From a virus (taxonomy: Duplodnaviria; Caudoviricetes), in the IMG/VR virus record IMGVR_UViG_3300037851_000318, positions 1 through 41,108 of that record: 41,108 nucleotides of DNA. One strand, 5' to 3'. Shown here in pieces: positions 18,348 to 27,839 of the stretch. The translations under genes and the position numbers were made by a program. A model generated the notes under the pieces. It had not been told where the DNA came from. It ran no database searches and saw only the letters and a list, made by a program, of their open reading frames with translations. Every line of letters begins with the position of its first letter. Within the stretch, counting starts at the first letter, position 1.

Positions 18348-18704
18348 ATGATCGGTATAGCATCCACAATATTCGACACTAATGGCGCGAGGCTGTTCAA
18401 TGCGAACCCGGCTGAAGACGCGAAAAACCGGGCGGGCGAGCGGAGAATATCGAGAACGGCGACTCTTGACGGCGGCGTTTCCGTAACCGATTTCGGATAT
18501 TCGGACGGCGACCGTGACGTGAGCATAGCAGAAGATCCCACGACCCAGGAAGCCGTTGAATTTGCCCGGTACATCACGGAGACATACAACAGGGTAGTGG
18601 TTGCGATGGAAGACGGGGCCTATGAAGCCGCCCCGAAATCTTACGGAATATCAGACGGAAAGCTGTCTATGAAACTGTATTTAATAGAAAAGATTAGTGA
18701 ATAA
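18348..18704 (+). CDS. Distal-tail-like small protein
   Basis: RRISRTATLDGG...D.GYS.GDR motif; directly after the tape measure gene. Confidence 0.65.
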   Translation: MIGIASTIFDTNGARLFNANPAEDAKNRAGERRISRTATLDGGVSVTDFGYSDGDRDVSIAEDPTTQEAVEFARYITETYNRVVVAMEDGAYEAAPKSYGISDGKLSMKLYLIEKISE

Positions 18705-18856
18705 AAACAGGATTCAAGGATTCAAGGGTTCGAGGGTTCGAGTGGTGGAAGGAACCAGGGGTTTTTAATCGATATTCGATATTCGAAATTCGATATTCGA
18801 GCGGCAGGAATAACAGAGACCTAACAGTGAGAAGTTAAAAGTAAAAAGTAAAAAGG
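18703..18856. repeat. Three different repeat modules (octamer AGGATTCA, heptamer CGATATT, heptamer AGTAAAA)
   Basis: AAAAAC AGGATTCA AGGATTCA AGGGTTCG AGGGTTCG AGTG; CGATATT CGATATT CGAAATT CGATATT CG; AGTGAGA AGTTAAA AGTAAAA AGTAAAA AGG. Confidence 0.88.
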
Positions 18857-18865
18857 AGAAAAGAA

Positions 18866-19315
18866 ATGGCTGCATCATTTACGCTGTACGCAAAGGCAAG
18901 AAAATACATGCTGGATGGCACGATAGACGTGCTCACCGACACCATCAAATTATTGCTGGTGACAAGTTCTTACACTCCATCGGTAGCCCATGACGTGCTT
19001 GCGGACGTTCTCGGATCTCCGTCATGCGAAGTATCAAGCGGAGACGGCTATACCACCGGCGGTGCAACGCTTGCGAATAAGTCTGTGACTCATACCGATT
19101 CACCATCGCAGGGCAAGTTTGACGCAGATGACACCGAGTGGGCGGCATTAACGAAGACTTTCCGGTACGGTATTCTGTATGCAGATAAGACCGTTAGCCC
19201 GATAGTAAAACCTCTTATCGGCTACATTCTTTTCGATACCACTCCGGCCGACATCGAGCTTACAGCGTCAAAATTTACTGTCCAGTGGAACACCGGAGGC
19301 ATTATAACGGATTGA
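18866..19315 (+). CDS. Virion tail-associated protein
   Basis: DTIKLLLVTSSYTP, GYTTGG.TL, FDADD..W, PLIGYI.F, FTVQWN.GGI pattern common in siphophage tail modules. Confidence 0.7.
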   Translation: MAASFTLYAKARKYMLDGTIDVLTDTIKLLLVTSSYTPSVAHDVLADVLGSPSCEVSSGDGYTTGGATLANKSVTHTDSPSQGKFDADDTEWAALTKTFRYGILYADKTVSPIVKPLIGYILFDTTPADIELTASKFTVQWNTGGIITD

Positions 19316-19331
19316 GGTACGGAGATGTTAA

Positions 19332-19802
19332 ATGCCGACGATATGGATAAAAGCCGATACTGGAAGTATATTCCACCTTACGACACAGGTTGCTTCGTGG
19401 AATGGCGAATATAATACGCCTGACACGGCAATCCCTGCCACAGATGTATCTGTTTTAAATCGAGATACCGTAGAAATCAAGACACCCGCCGGAACCCTCA
19501 CCATGAATCTTGCTCAGAACGGGCGCACAGGAGAGTGCATCCAATGCGGGCAATGCTGTTCTCATAAGATTAAAGACTGTCCTGCAAAAGACAAAAAGTG
19601 CGGATATGAGCATATCGGCAAGCATCATGTCTGTGAATATCTCGTAGAATATCCGGAGAAAGGCGGCAGAGGAAAACCGGGCGGAACGAGTTGCCGCATC
19701 CATAATAAGCTACTGGCTACTGGTAACAAAGGTTGTGTTCTGTTCCCGGAATATGAAGAAGACATTGTTGGGATGTCCGCTTGTTCAATGAGGTTCGAAT
19801 AA
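19332..19802 (+). CDS. YkgJ-like cysteine-cluster (CxxCxxCC) protein
   Basis: ECIQCGQCC...C.YL...CRIH...C.LFP; TAATG-coupled to the fibre gene. Confidence 0.65.
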   Translation: MPTIWIKADTGSIFHLTTQVASWNGEYNTPDTAIPATDVSVLNRDTVEIKTPAGTLTMNLAQNGRTGECIQCGQCCSHKIKDCPAKDKKCGYEHIGKHHVCEYLVEYPEKGGRGKPGGTSCRIHNKLLATGNKGCVLFPEYEEDIVGMSACSMRFE

Positions 19803-22800
19803 TGGCTACGAGATACAGGATACGGAAGACCGAAGCGCCGGACATAAGCCCGACTAAGAAAGGAAGCTGGTCGAACTCCGCGTTTATATGGAGAAAGCTG
19901 GAAACAGGAGTATATGATTCATCTGGTCTTGGGCTTACGACTTCCGAAGTAGCGGAGACATCCGGCTCAGCTATATACAACATCCTTATGTCAGCCGTAA
20001 CAGACCAGCTCGGAGCGCAGACATTATCCGGCACCGTGTCCATGCAGTTTCAGTTCAAGGAAACGAATGCGGCTATGAATATGTTTGCTGCTGTTGGTAT
20101 TTACTTGATAGACAACAGCGGAACATTAAAAAGCACCCTGTTGTCTCTGACGGTAGATGGAACGGAGGCGAGTGATTCTGCTTACACAAATAGAACTGTA
20201 CTGGCAAGCGCGAGTCTTTCATCACAATCCTGCGCAAACGGGGACAGGATATTGGTAGAAATCGGATATTATGCGAACAATACCAAAACCACATCTTACA
20301 CAGGCGGCCTCACCTACGGGGCTGACAGCTCGTTAAGCGATCTTGCCGTCAATGATACGACAACAGGAAATTATCTTGGCTGGATAGAGTTTTCGCAAGA
20401 CCATGTGGTATATAACGCGCCACCAGTTGTTACTTTAAATACCGCTGATGAGTCAGAGCTATCTTCTACCCCAACTCTTGAATTTACGGGGGTTGATGCA
20501 GAAGCAGAAACAATGACCTATAGAATACAAATAGCGTCTACCTCCCTCAAGCAGTCTATCTTTGTTTCATCCCAATATACAGGGATATTACATATAAATG
20601 ATGGAGATAGTGGCTTTACGACTTACTATAGTAATTCTTCCGGAGGTATTCGTGGCATAGCTATCGACCCAAGTGACGGAGATATATATCTCAACATAGA
20701 GAGTTCGGACATTTATAAACAAACTGGTGGGGAAGGAAGTTTCAACGCATTATCGCAAGGGGCTTTGGCTTGGTATGGGATTGCTGTTGCGCCAGATGGC
20801 GATGTTTACGCTTCGGTATGGAATGTAGGAATCTACAAACAAACGGGAGGAGCTGGCAATTTTTCAATAATACATTCACAGGCAACTGGATGGAGGGGCA
20901 TGTGTTGCGCTCCAAACGGCGATGTTTATGCGTCAGGAGCGGGTGGCTTATATAAGCAAACAGGAGGCTCTGGAAGTTTTACTATAACAGCATTTACGTC
21001 AGCTTGCTTTGCCGTAGCCGTATCCCCTGAAGGCGATGTGTATGTTGCTGCTTATTCAGAACTTTATAAACAAATAGGCGGCTCCGGTTCGTTTAGCTTA
21101 TTTTATACTGCAACATCGACTATTGTAGCTTTAGCGATATCAGAGATGGGTGACCTTTATTTCGGTGTCAGCGGGCAGACGTTTAAAGTAATCAGGCAGT
21201 GCCAAGGCGACCCAATTGCTATTGACCCAAGCACATCTTATAATTTTGCCGACATAGCTTTTGAAGAACTTGGGATATTGATAGATAAAACGTCAGATGT
21301 TGATACTGGTTTTATTAATACGGTTGATTCTGGGGATACAGACCCGTTCACAAATAACCAGAAGATAAGCTATACCGTACAGGAAGCAGACGCACTTGGA
21401 GAAGGGACTTATTATTGGAGGGTAGCCGCAGAAGATATAGGCGGTTCCGGTTCCTTTGGGGATTGGACGGCGGAAAGGACATTTACCGTAGTTACTCCTT
21501 CGGACGTATTGGTTAATGTTCCGTTAGCGACCATGACTCTCGTAGCGGAAGAATTAACATGGAGCGCAACAGGGCAATTCAATGTTGGAATCCCAAAAGC
21601 TACAATGACCTTGACCGCAGAAGTGCCTTCGTGGACAGATTGGACAATAAGGGCATATCCACCGACAGCATCAATGGAACTGCAAGCTCTTGTCCCATAC
21701 ATTGATATCGGCAAGACGAGAATCAGGCAGGAGATAAATATTCTCTGTCATGTTCTGTCAGCAGCAAGCGGAAGTGACGCGACATCAGATGAGATAGTAT
21801 ATCTTGATGATGATTTTTATCCGGGCGGGACATTCTATTTTGAGATTGTGGGTTATACGTCCTCAAGCCTTGCGGTAGATATCAAGCTCCGCAGAAAAGG
21901 TACTTCCACCGATGATGCGACCTGTTCGATTCCAGCAGGGACAACAGCACCCGCAAGAATCAGGTCTACTTCGTTCACCCCTCCGACAACAGCAACGGAA
22001 TACGTGGTTTATATACCAAATACAGCCGGAGCTACGAAGAATGTGGTGTCAGCCCGAATCATAATAATCCAAGAAGCATGCCCTATTGAAAAGACAGAGA
22101 CGCAATATGAAATAGGCAATTATGAAACAGGGAAGTCAGATGTTTATCCGCTCGTTCCTCTTTCGTATCCGAAATATTTTAAATTCGAAGAAGATAAATA
22201 TGATGCAATCATGGCTGCATACGTTGAGGTTGTATGCAAAGTATCGGAAAGCGGAGAAGGGCTACTTGCTGTGCAGGTAGTGAAAGATGACGGGGCTTTT
22301 GGGTCATGGTCATACGGTGCAAACCCAACTAATGCTTGCGCAGCTATCACTCCGACAAGATTCAGGTCGGATGTATTTAATCTGAAAAATGGGCGTCATT
22401 ACCGGCTGACAGCCAATTTGAATCAGAGTGGCAAAACATACGATATCTATTCAGCGAAGATAATAGTGCATCAGGCTATAGGGTTGTATTGGAATGAAGC
22501 GCGACCAAGCGGAGATGTAGAACGTTCATGGTATTCAGCAGCTATGTCAGGTGACGGACAGAAGGTATTTGCCGCAAACCAGCAAGAAGGCACTTATCGT
22601 TCCTTTAATTATGGAGAGACATGGGGCTTATGCACAAGCCATTATGGAATATTAGCAGTAAGTGATGATGGTGACTATCTTTTAATCGCCGGAGGGAACA
22701 GGCTCTATTTGTCCAGTGATTCGGGAGATTCATGGGAAGAAATTCAACCTGATGGAGACAGAGATTTATACTGGAACCGCGCCGGAGCTGCCATAAGCGG

Positions 22801-24538
22801 TGATGGACAATATATGATTGTGGCTGCTCGGAAGAATGACCGAGCTTCCGGAAAAGTTTGGGTGTCAGATGATTGGGGAGAATCATGGACACAGACGCGC
22901 CCAGATGGGAATTGGACAAATGTAAATGTTAACGATACCGGGCAGTATATGTATTGCTGGGAACAAATATCAACATTTGATTACAGGTTCTACGTTTCTG
23001 ATGATTACGGGGCATCGTGGACAGAAAGAAATGTTGATGGTCGCGGAGACGACCTTTATTCGTCAAGAATGCTTACCTGTATGAGCGAATCAGGGCAGTA
23101 TGGGCTTAAATCGTCGCAAGCCAATATGTGGAAGACAACAGATTACGGAGTAACATGGTCGAGGTTGTGGCCTATACAGCAAAGCTTTTACCATGCTTTC
23201 GGGGATGGCTTGGCGATGAGCGCGTCAGGGCAATATGCGATAGCTGGTTATACCTACGAGCACGATGCTTTTGTTTCGAGTGATTATGGAGCTACGTGGA
23301 CGAGAATATGGCCGGGAAGGGAAATTACAAATTATAATTATTATGCAATGGCGATAGATGATACAGGGGAGAACATGCTTGCCGGTGGCTGGTATCCTAA
23401 CCCCTATATGGGAAGACTATATGTAAAGAGGACAACAGATAAAATCACAAAGCATCGACCAGAAGCATTGGTTTTGAATACATTGAGCGATTCTACCGGC
23501 CTTAAAGAACCCACAACGCTCTTTGACCCTGATGAATGGAAGGGGATAGCGGTAGATTTGCATCATGTAATTGACACATCAACGGATACCGGAGATAGTG
23601 CTAAGTTGCAGGATGTGTCAGGAACTCCACAGGACATAACGGATTCTACTGCAACTGGTGCGAACAGGGCTGTCAGCTCCCTTCTGTCTGTTCCAGAAGC
23701 AACAGAGATTGGCTCTTATGTTCTCAATGCTCCTGTGTATGCAAGCAAGATAGTAATTGATGCGGCGCAACGCCTTGCAGAGACGATTGAGGCTCCTGTT
23801 GCAAATATGACCCTGACGCCTCTTGAACCGACAATATACCCGCTGAAACTGCCTGTGCCTTCCGTATCAATGCAATTAATAGCGAAGACGCCGGGTTATT
23901 ACATCCCGCCCCAGATAAAGAATTACCCACCGGCTGCGTCTATGCAATTGAAGACCAGAACTGTAAGTATTTCGTGGGAGATTGCAGAAGACGCGGTTAC
24001 GGCAAACTTCGTTTACTTGCTCACCCTGACCGGGGCGGGTGACGGGCTTGAAGATATTGAGCTTCCGGCATCATACATAAAAGCATGCCTTACCGATGTG
24101 TTCGATTCGTATGTTGTGGCCGTGATACCGGCTGATATCGGTTATGAAGATGAAATTCTGTTGAGAACAAACGGGGAGATGGTCGTATCGGCTGGATATG
24201 AACTGGCAAATGGCACTGTGTTGAGCGAAGAAATATTCCGTGTGCCTTATAAGGACATGTCAATATCAACCGGCGGGAGAAGAAAATCCGTTACGATAAC
24301 CGGATATGGTGAAGTGGCTGTCGGGATACCGAAGGAAAGAACAGCCCGGAATGTGTCGGCATACAGAAAGTACAGCACAGGGAAAAGAGCCGTAACAAGC
24401 GACATGGATTTATTTTTGAGATGCAGAGACAGCTTTATTTATGGCACAGGCGGGAACGACTGGCTGATTGTCGGCTCGATAGAATATGAAATCGGAGTAA
24501 ATCCGCTTATATGCAGCATGACCGTGAAGGAAGAATAA
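19802..24538 (+). CDS. Large modular tail fibre / receptor-binding protein (Ig/FN3-like, NHL-like propeller, BNR/Asp-box propeller, C-terminal hub-like domain)
   Basis: GDVY....YKQTGG repeats; multiple S.D.G.(S/T)W Asp-boxes; GTYYWRV; start taken at the TAATG overlap at 19802. Confidence 0.8.
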   Translation: MATRYRIRKTEAPDISPTKKGSWSNSAFIWRKLETGVYDSSGLGLTTSEVAETSGSAIYNILMSAVTDQLGAQTLSGTVSMQFQFKETNAAMNMFAAVGIYLIDNSGTLKSTLLSLTVDGTEASDSAYTNRTVLASASLSSQSCANGDRILVEIGYYANNTKTTSYTGGLTYGADSSLSDLAVNDTTTGNYLGWIEFSQDHVVYNAPPVVTLNTADESELSSTPTLEFTGVDAEAETMTYRIQIASTSLKQSIFVSSQYTGILHINDGDSGFTTYYSNSSGGIRGIAIDPSDGDIYLNIESSDIYKQTGGEGSFNALSQGALAWYGIAVAPDGDVYASVWNVGIYKQTGGAGNFSIIHSQATGWRGMCCAPNGDVYASGAGGLYKQTGGSGSFTITAFTSACFAVAVSPEGDVYVAAYSELYKQIGGSGSFSLFYTATSTIVALAISEMGDLYFGVSGQTFKVIRQCQGDPIAIDPSTSYNFADIAFEELGILIDKTSDVDTGFINTVDSGDTDPFTNNQKISYTVQEADALGEGTYYWRVAAEDIGGSGSFGDWTAERTFTVVTPSDVLVNVPLATMTLVAEELTWSATGQFNVGIPKATMTLTAEVPSWTDWTIRAYPPTASMELQALVPYIDIGKTRIRQEINILCHVLSAASGSDATSDEIVYLDDDFYPGGTFYFEIVGYTSSSLAVDIKLRRKGTSTDDATCSIPAGTTAPARIRSTSFTPPTTATEYVVYIPNTAGATKNVVSARIIIIQEACPIEKTETQYEIGNYETGKSDVYPLVPLSYPKYFKFEEDKYDAIMAAYVEVVCKVSESGEGLLAVQVVKDDGAFGSWSYGANPTNACAAITPTRFRSDVFNLKNGRHYRLTANLNQSGKTYDIYSAKIIVHQAIGLYWNEARPSGDVERSWYSAAMSGDGQKVFAANQQEGTYRSFNYGETWGLCTSHYGILAVSDDGDYLLIAGGNRLYLSSDSGDSWEEIQPDGDRDLYWNRAGAAISGDGQYMIVAARKNDRASGKVWVSDDWGESWTQTRPDGNWTNVNVNDTGQYMYCWEQISTFDYRFYVSDDYGASWTERNVDGRGDDLYSSRMLTCMSESGQYGLKSSQANMWKTTDYGVTWSRLWPIQQSFYHAFGDGLAMSASGQYAIAGYTYEHDAFVSSDYGATWTRIWPGREITNYNYYAMAIDDTGENMLAGGWYPNPYMGRLYVKRTTDKITKHRPEALVLNTLSDSTGLKEPTTLFDPDEWKGIAVDLHHVIDTSTDTGDSAKLQDVSGTPQDITDSTATGANRAVSSLLSVPEATEIGSYVLNAPVYASKIVIDAAQRLAETIEAPVANMTLTPLEPTIYPLKLPVPSVSMQLIAKTPGYYIPPQIKNYPPAASMQLKTRTVSISWEIAEDAVTANFVYLLTLTGAGDGLEDIELPASYIKACLTDVFDSYVVAVIPADIGYEDEILLRTNGEMVVSAGYELANGTVLSEEIFRVPYKDMSISTGGRRKSVTITGYGEVAVGIPKERTARNVSAYRKYSTGKRAVTSDMDLFLRCRDSFIYGTGGNDWLIVGSIEYEIGVNPLICSMTVKEE

Positions 24539-24539
24539 C

Positions 24540-25217
24540 ATGGCAGATACGATGATTTATATACCGAATGCTACGATGGGATTGACCGCGTTGAATCCGA
24601 TGGGCTTTAATTTTATACCATCGGCAAGCCTTACCCTTACTCCGCTGAATCCGTCGGGAGTGGTTCATGTCCCAAGAACAGCCCGGAGTATATTTCGATG
24701 TATCCTGACAGGCGCGGAGAATGGCCTTGATGACCTTCATCTTCCGATATCGGCATTTAACGCTACCGTGAGAGACGGAGATCCGTCTTATTTATCCTGC
24801 AAAGTCCCGAATGGCTCGGAATATGAAGCAGATATCCTGCTCCGCCCGGACGGGGATATTGTGGTCAGGTGCGGCGTGATTCTTGGAAACGGAACTGAAT
24901 ACACGGAAGAAATTGTGCGGGTGAATTATGAGGACATGCTGATTGAAAGAACATCAAGCATCGATAATCTTACAATAAACGGGCATAAAACAAGGACGCT
25001 GGGGCAGTCGAAGGATTGGAGCATCACAGGCGTGAGCTTTTACAGCATGAACGCATCTGGAAAACGGAGGGTGCGCGGAGACATAGACTTCCAGCTTTCT
25101 TGTGGAGATATCTGCACCTATGGCGATGGGGTAGGGGAAAACATTGTGGTTGGCGCGATATCCTATGCGGTGCAGGCGCTCCCCGCAATGGCGTTCATGG
25201 AGATTGAGGAAGCGTAA
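24540..25217 (+). CDS. Short paralog of the fibre C-terminal domain (baseplate hub-like)
   Basis: Shares LTGA..GL.D..LP, SY....P, YE..ILLR..G, EEI.RV.Y, GKR.V..D.D..L.C.D with the last ~175 aa of the upstream gene. Confidence 0.75.
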   Translation: MADTMIYIPNATMGLTALNPMGFNFIPSASLTLTPLNPSGVVHVPRTARSIFRCILTGAENGLDDLHLPISAFNATVRDGDPSYLSCKVPNGSEYEADILLRPDGDIVVRCGVILGNGTEYTEEIVRVNYEDMLIERTSSIDNLTINGHKTRTLGQSKDWSITGVSFYSMNASGKRRVRGDIDFQLSCGDICTYGDGVGENIVVGAISYAVQALPAMAFMEIEEA

Positions 25218-25290
25218 AAGCAGTACATCGTACATCGAATATCGAATATCGTTAAAAGCGAAGTACGAAGTACGATGTACGAACTACGGA
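25216..25290. repeat. Inverted pair of four-heptamer modules
   Basis: AAAAGC AGTACAT CGTACAT CGAATAT CGAATAT CG TT AAAAGC GAAGTAC GAAGTAC GATGTAC GAACTAC GG. Confidence 0.92.
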
Positions 25291-25298
25291 GATTATAA

Positions 25299-27815
25299 AT
25301 GGGACAGGCGACAATATTAGCGAATCTTGGAGACGGGAAATACAACATCAGGCTTATAAAAGAGCCGGGGAAGTCTGTTGCCCGGATCGCCAAGATTAAT
25401 AAAGATATAGAAACAGCCTCAACTAATATCGCAACCGCGGAAGCGGCAGCAAATACCGCTTCCGCGGCAATGGAAACAGCGAGAACGGCACTCAATGTGG
25501 CGATTGAAGCATATAAACTTGATCCGAAGACAGATTTGACTAAACCTCAATCCGACCTTGTTAATGCAATGGCTGATTATGAGAAGAAAAAACGGAAGGT
25601 GAGCGAGCTTGGATGGGGATTATCTAAACTGGAAGCAGAGTTATCGATGCTTCAGGCGGCTATGGCGAATGAAGACAAAACGAACATATGGTGCATGGAT
25701 AAGACCGTGAATCTTGTGGTCGGTGCTCAGGTAGGAACGGCGGAAATAAACAGCGCCCCTGTTGTGTTCCAGATTGTACCGGAAGGGAAGACGACCGATG
25801 CTTTTGGTATAGTACAGCCGGTCGGAGTCAGCACTCCCTCAGCCGTGTTTTTTAACCGCGCTATACTGCCGGGCATGCAGAAATGGTATCCGACATATCG
25901 ATATGGAACGATTGTAAGTATAGATTATGACAACAATAAATGCGATGTAGTCCTTGACCCCGCATATAGTTATGAGGGCGGATTCAACATTAACCAGGAA
26001 GGCACAAAATCGGTTATCTTGCAGCAGGGTGTTGACGGCTGGACTGCGTTTTGCGGGGAGAATCCGGATAACCCCATGACCACAAATACCGGAGACACGC
26101 AGATTACGATGTCCGACCAGTTGATGGCTGATATGCTGGAAGTGAACGCCGAGGTTAATAATAACTACAAATATAAATTTGATTCGGAAAATTACGGGAT
26201 CGGAGACGTCTGGACGCCCATGAGCGAGGGTGGAACCGGCGACTGTGAAGACTTCGCGCTGACAAAAGCAAAGCTCCTGATTGCAAAGGGCTATCCTGCG
26301 TCGGCGATACATATAGAAATCGGCGTAACGGCCAAAGGGACAGGTCACGCATGGCTTGTAATCCAGACATCCACCGTAGAATTTGCGCTTGATCTCGGCC
26401 AGTCAACTCCCGTTCCGAACGGCTCTCTGCCATATACAAATAGAAAAAGGCAATATGGGAGCAGCTTTTACGGAATCGGCGTTCTTTTGAGCGGCGTTGA
26501 TTTTTATTACATGCAGGGGACAGACTCCGCTCTGTTCTTTCCGCAAAACATAACACCGGGGAATCCGCCAACCGTAATATATTCGGGGGACAGGGTGGTG
26601 GTGGAATTCCAAAACATGGCCTGGAATCAGCCTCTTGTAATCGGATTTGAAAGCAATCCGAGGGCAACGGAAGTAAATTTCTATATAGGCAAAACCACAG
26701 CGCCGTTTTCGGAATATACGAGAAGCCAGGTATCAGCAAGGTGTTTGAGATATTTCGGAGTTGGACCGAACGCGAACCTGAACGACCTCAACAACGGAAG
26801 GATAAAACTCCTGATATTGCCATGTCCGAGACGGGTGCTTGCGGATGAAGAATTGACGGCAATCCAGCAATTCAGAAGCAACGGCGGTCGGGTTGCGCTG
26901 TTTGCCGGAGAGAGCAGGGATGTAACGAATCAGATACTTGTTCAGCTTGGAAGCAAGCTTGAAATAATGCCGACCAGAATGACGTCCTCTACGAAGATTT
27001 TGTCCGGGTATATGGTTGAATCAGGCGATTCTGCGCCGGAAATGTTCTGGATTCCGGCAGAGGTGCGGGGCTGGGTTAATATCCGGCAAGAGCAATGGGC
27101 GAATGCCGCTTTGAAAGATTTCTACGGATACGGGTTTGAATATAACAGCATTGCCTGCTCGATGATGTACGAGACCTATCTTAAAAAAGCGACCAGCGGA
27201 TACATGTATTCAGCATTGCATCATATCGACATCAGAACCGACATCGAGGAGTTTTATGCCGCAAGTCCGGCGCCGAGCCCAAGCCCGTATATAGACTGGA
27301 TTCAGTACGCGAACACATATCCAGCGGGTCATGTGACTGAATACCAGACGATGTATCTTAACACGCCGGAAGGATTTACGCTTGCGACTTATTCCGCATG
27401 GTTGTTGGCGAATGCATCGAAACTCCCGCACATGAAGATAGAAGACTACGGCTATGAAACGCCCACGCTTTACACGCCTTATGGATATGTTTGGGATCTG
27501 GATGATATGAAAAGCGTAGAGATGTTCGGCCCGCTGATAGCGTATGCCGAGGGAGAGAATCTTGTGGTTACGGGATTGAAGTTAACCTATCTGACGGACG
27601 CTGTTGGAAATCCGGTAACGCTTGATTATTATTTTCATACAGAAGAATTTGCAAGATGGCTTTTAACAGGCCAGATGCCGATGCATGATTATTATACAAA
27701 CGGGAATTTATTTTTGCCGTGGCCTGCAAACGCGCCGTCTTATTACAACTGGACATCGGAGACGCAGGGCGGGGGCTTTATAGACGGGGACGGCTCGGTG
27801 ATTGTGAGCGGATAA
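25299..27815 (+). CDS. Tail-tip protein with coiled coil and inserted transglutaminase-like cysteine peptidase (C93/BTLCP) domain
   Basis: N-terminal coiled coil; VN..VN....Y..D...YG..D.W, GDCEDFALTK, GHAWL, LD catalytic-triad motifs. Confidence 0.8.
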   Translation: MGQATILANLGDGKYNIRLIKEPGKSVARIAKINKDIETASTNIATAEAAANTASAAMETARTALNVAIEAYKLDPKTDLTKPQSDLVNAMADYEKKKRKVSELGWGLSKLEAELSMLQAAMANEDKTNIWCMDKTVNLVVGAQVGTAEINSAPVVFQIVPEGKTTDAFGIVQPVGVSTPSAVFFNRAILPGMQKWYPTYRYGTIVSIDYDNNKCDVVLDPAYSYEGGFNINQEGTKSVILQQGVDGWTAFCGENPDNPMTTNTGDTQITMSDQLMADMLEVNAEVNNNYKYKFDSENYGIGDVWTPMSEGGTGDCEDFALTKAKLLIAKGYPASAIHIEIGVTAKGTGHAWLVIQTSTVEFALDLGQSTPVPNGSLPYTNRKRQYGSSFYGIGVLLSGVDFYYMQGTDSALFFPQNITPGNPPTVIYSGDRVVVEFQNMAWNQPLVIGFESNPRATEVNFYIGKTTAPFSEYTRSQVSARCLRYFGVGPNANLNDLNNGRIKLLILPCPRRVLADEELTAIQQFRSNGGRVALFAGESRDVTNQILVQLGSKLEIMPTRMTSSTKILSGYMVESGDSAPEMFWIPAEVRGWVNIRQEQWANAALKDFYGYGFEYNSIACSMMYETYLKKATSGYMYSALHHIDIRTDIEEFYAASPAPSPSPYIDWIQYANTYPAGHVTEYQTMYLNTPEGFTLATYSAWLLANASKLPHMKIEDYGYETPTLYTPYGYVWDLDDMKSVEMFGPLIAYAEGENLVVTGLKLTYLTDAVGNPVTLDYYFHTEEFARWLLTGQMPMHDYYTNGNLFLPWPANAPSYYNWTSETQGGGFIDGDGSVIVSG

Positions 27816-27839
27816 ATAACGAAGGAGGAGGCTTATAAA

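Noticed and set aside
19802-27815. Diversity-generating retroelement acting on tail genes
   Set aside because: No reverse transcriptase ORF, and no ~100-bp repeat pair differing only at adenines was seen; the hub paralogs are diverged at all positions
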